A stretch of DNA of 64,000 bases from the NCBI RefSeq assembly GCF_026210795.1, contig NC_089434.1, positions 1,116,001 to 1,180,000 of the forward strand, written 5' to 3'. The notes under the pieces were generated by a model. The model ran no database searches, was not told where the DNA came from, and saw only the letters and a list, made by a program, of their open reading frames with translations. The DNA is from Rhizophagus irregularis (lineage: Eukaryota). Every line of letters starts with the position of its first letter. The first letter of the stretch is position 1. The position numbers were made by a program, and so were the translations under genes. Below, in pieces: positions 63,801 through 64,000 of this stretch.

Positions 63801-64000
63801 TTTTGTAGAGTACTGTTATGCCGCGCTCTTTTCGTCACGGGGAAGGTCTCATGATATCCATGCCCTATCCTGTCAAAAGATTAAATTAATCCGTCAATTC
63901 CGTATTTTACTTAAGGGTCGATTACTCTGATATATGGTTACTGTGTATATATCTCCTTTTTTAATATATTCAGGCACCTTACTCAATTAGTACGCTGATT

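Overview
AT-rich, intron-containing eukaryotic DNA. The gene content (expanded TKL-like kinases with NWTSGN/EWIPY N-terminal modules, a kinase-Sel1 gene, MATA-type HMG box, F-box, P450, ML-domain protein, Ppn1) points by inference to a Glomeromycotina (Rhizophagus-like) arbuscular mycorrhizal fungus. Genes that look intact: a 903-aa kinase with four tandem N-lobe modules (26004-29000), the endopolyphosphatase PPN1 (55279-57248), a 9-exon pseudokinase (59721-62110, minus) and an unknown multi-TM protein (17507-18358). Most other genes are pseudogenes whose lesions can be read directly: MITE insertions, a clean 210-bp inversion, frameshifts and a truncation. Mobile DNA includes a complete but broken Tc1 (DD34E) element with two nested insertions, three hAT-type elements with 8-bp TSDs (one carrying a GC-rich non-transposase ORF), three AGGACC MITEs with an ATnnnnAT target, a MULE-type MITE, a pogo-like MITE, a foldback element, a mini-Helitron and a Helentron-like element. 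The most unusual signals are a tandem pair of hairpins with compensatory base changes (47.6-47.8 kb), tandem intron/micro-exon arrays (30.9-31.5 kb, 33.1 kb, 51.4-52.2 kb), the cassette architecture of the 26-29 kb kinase and the cargo-bearing hAT element. No rRNA, tRNA or CRISPR array was seen. All coordinates and splice models were read by eye and no database searches were run.
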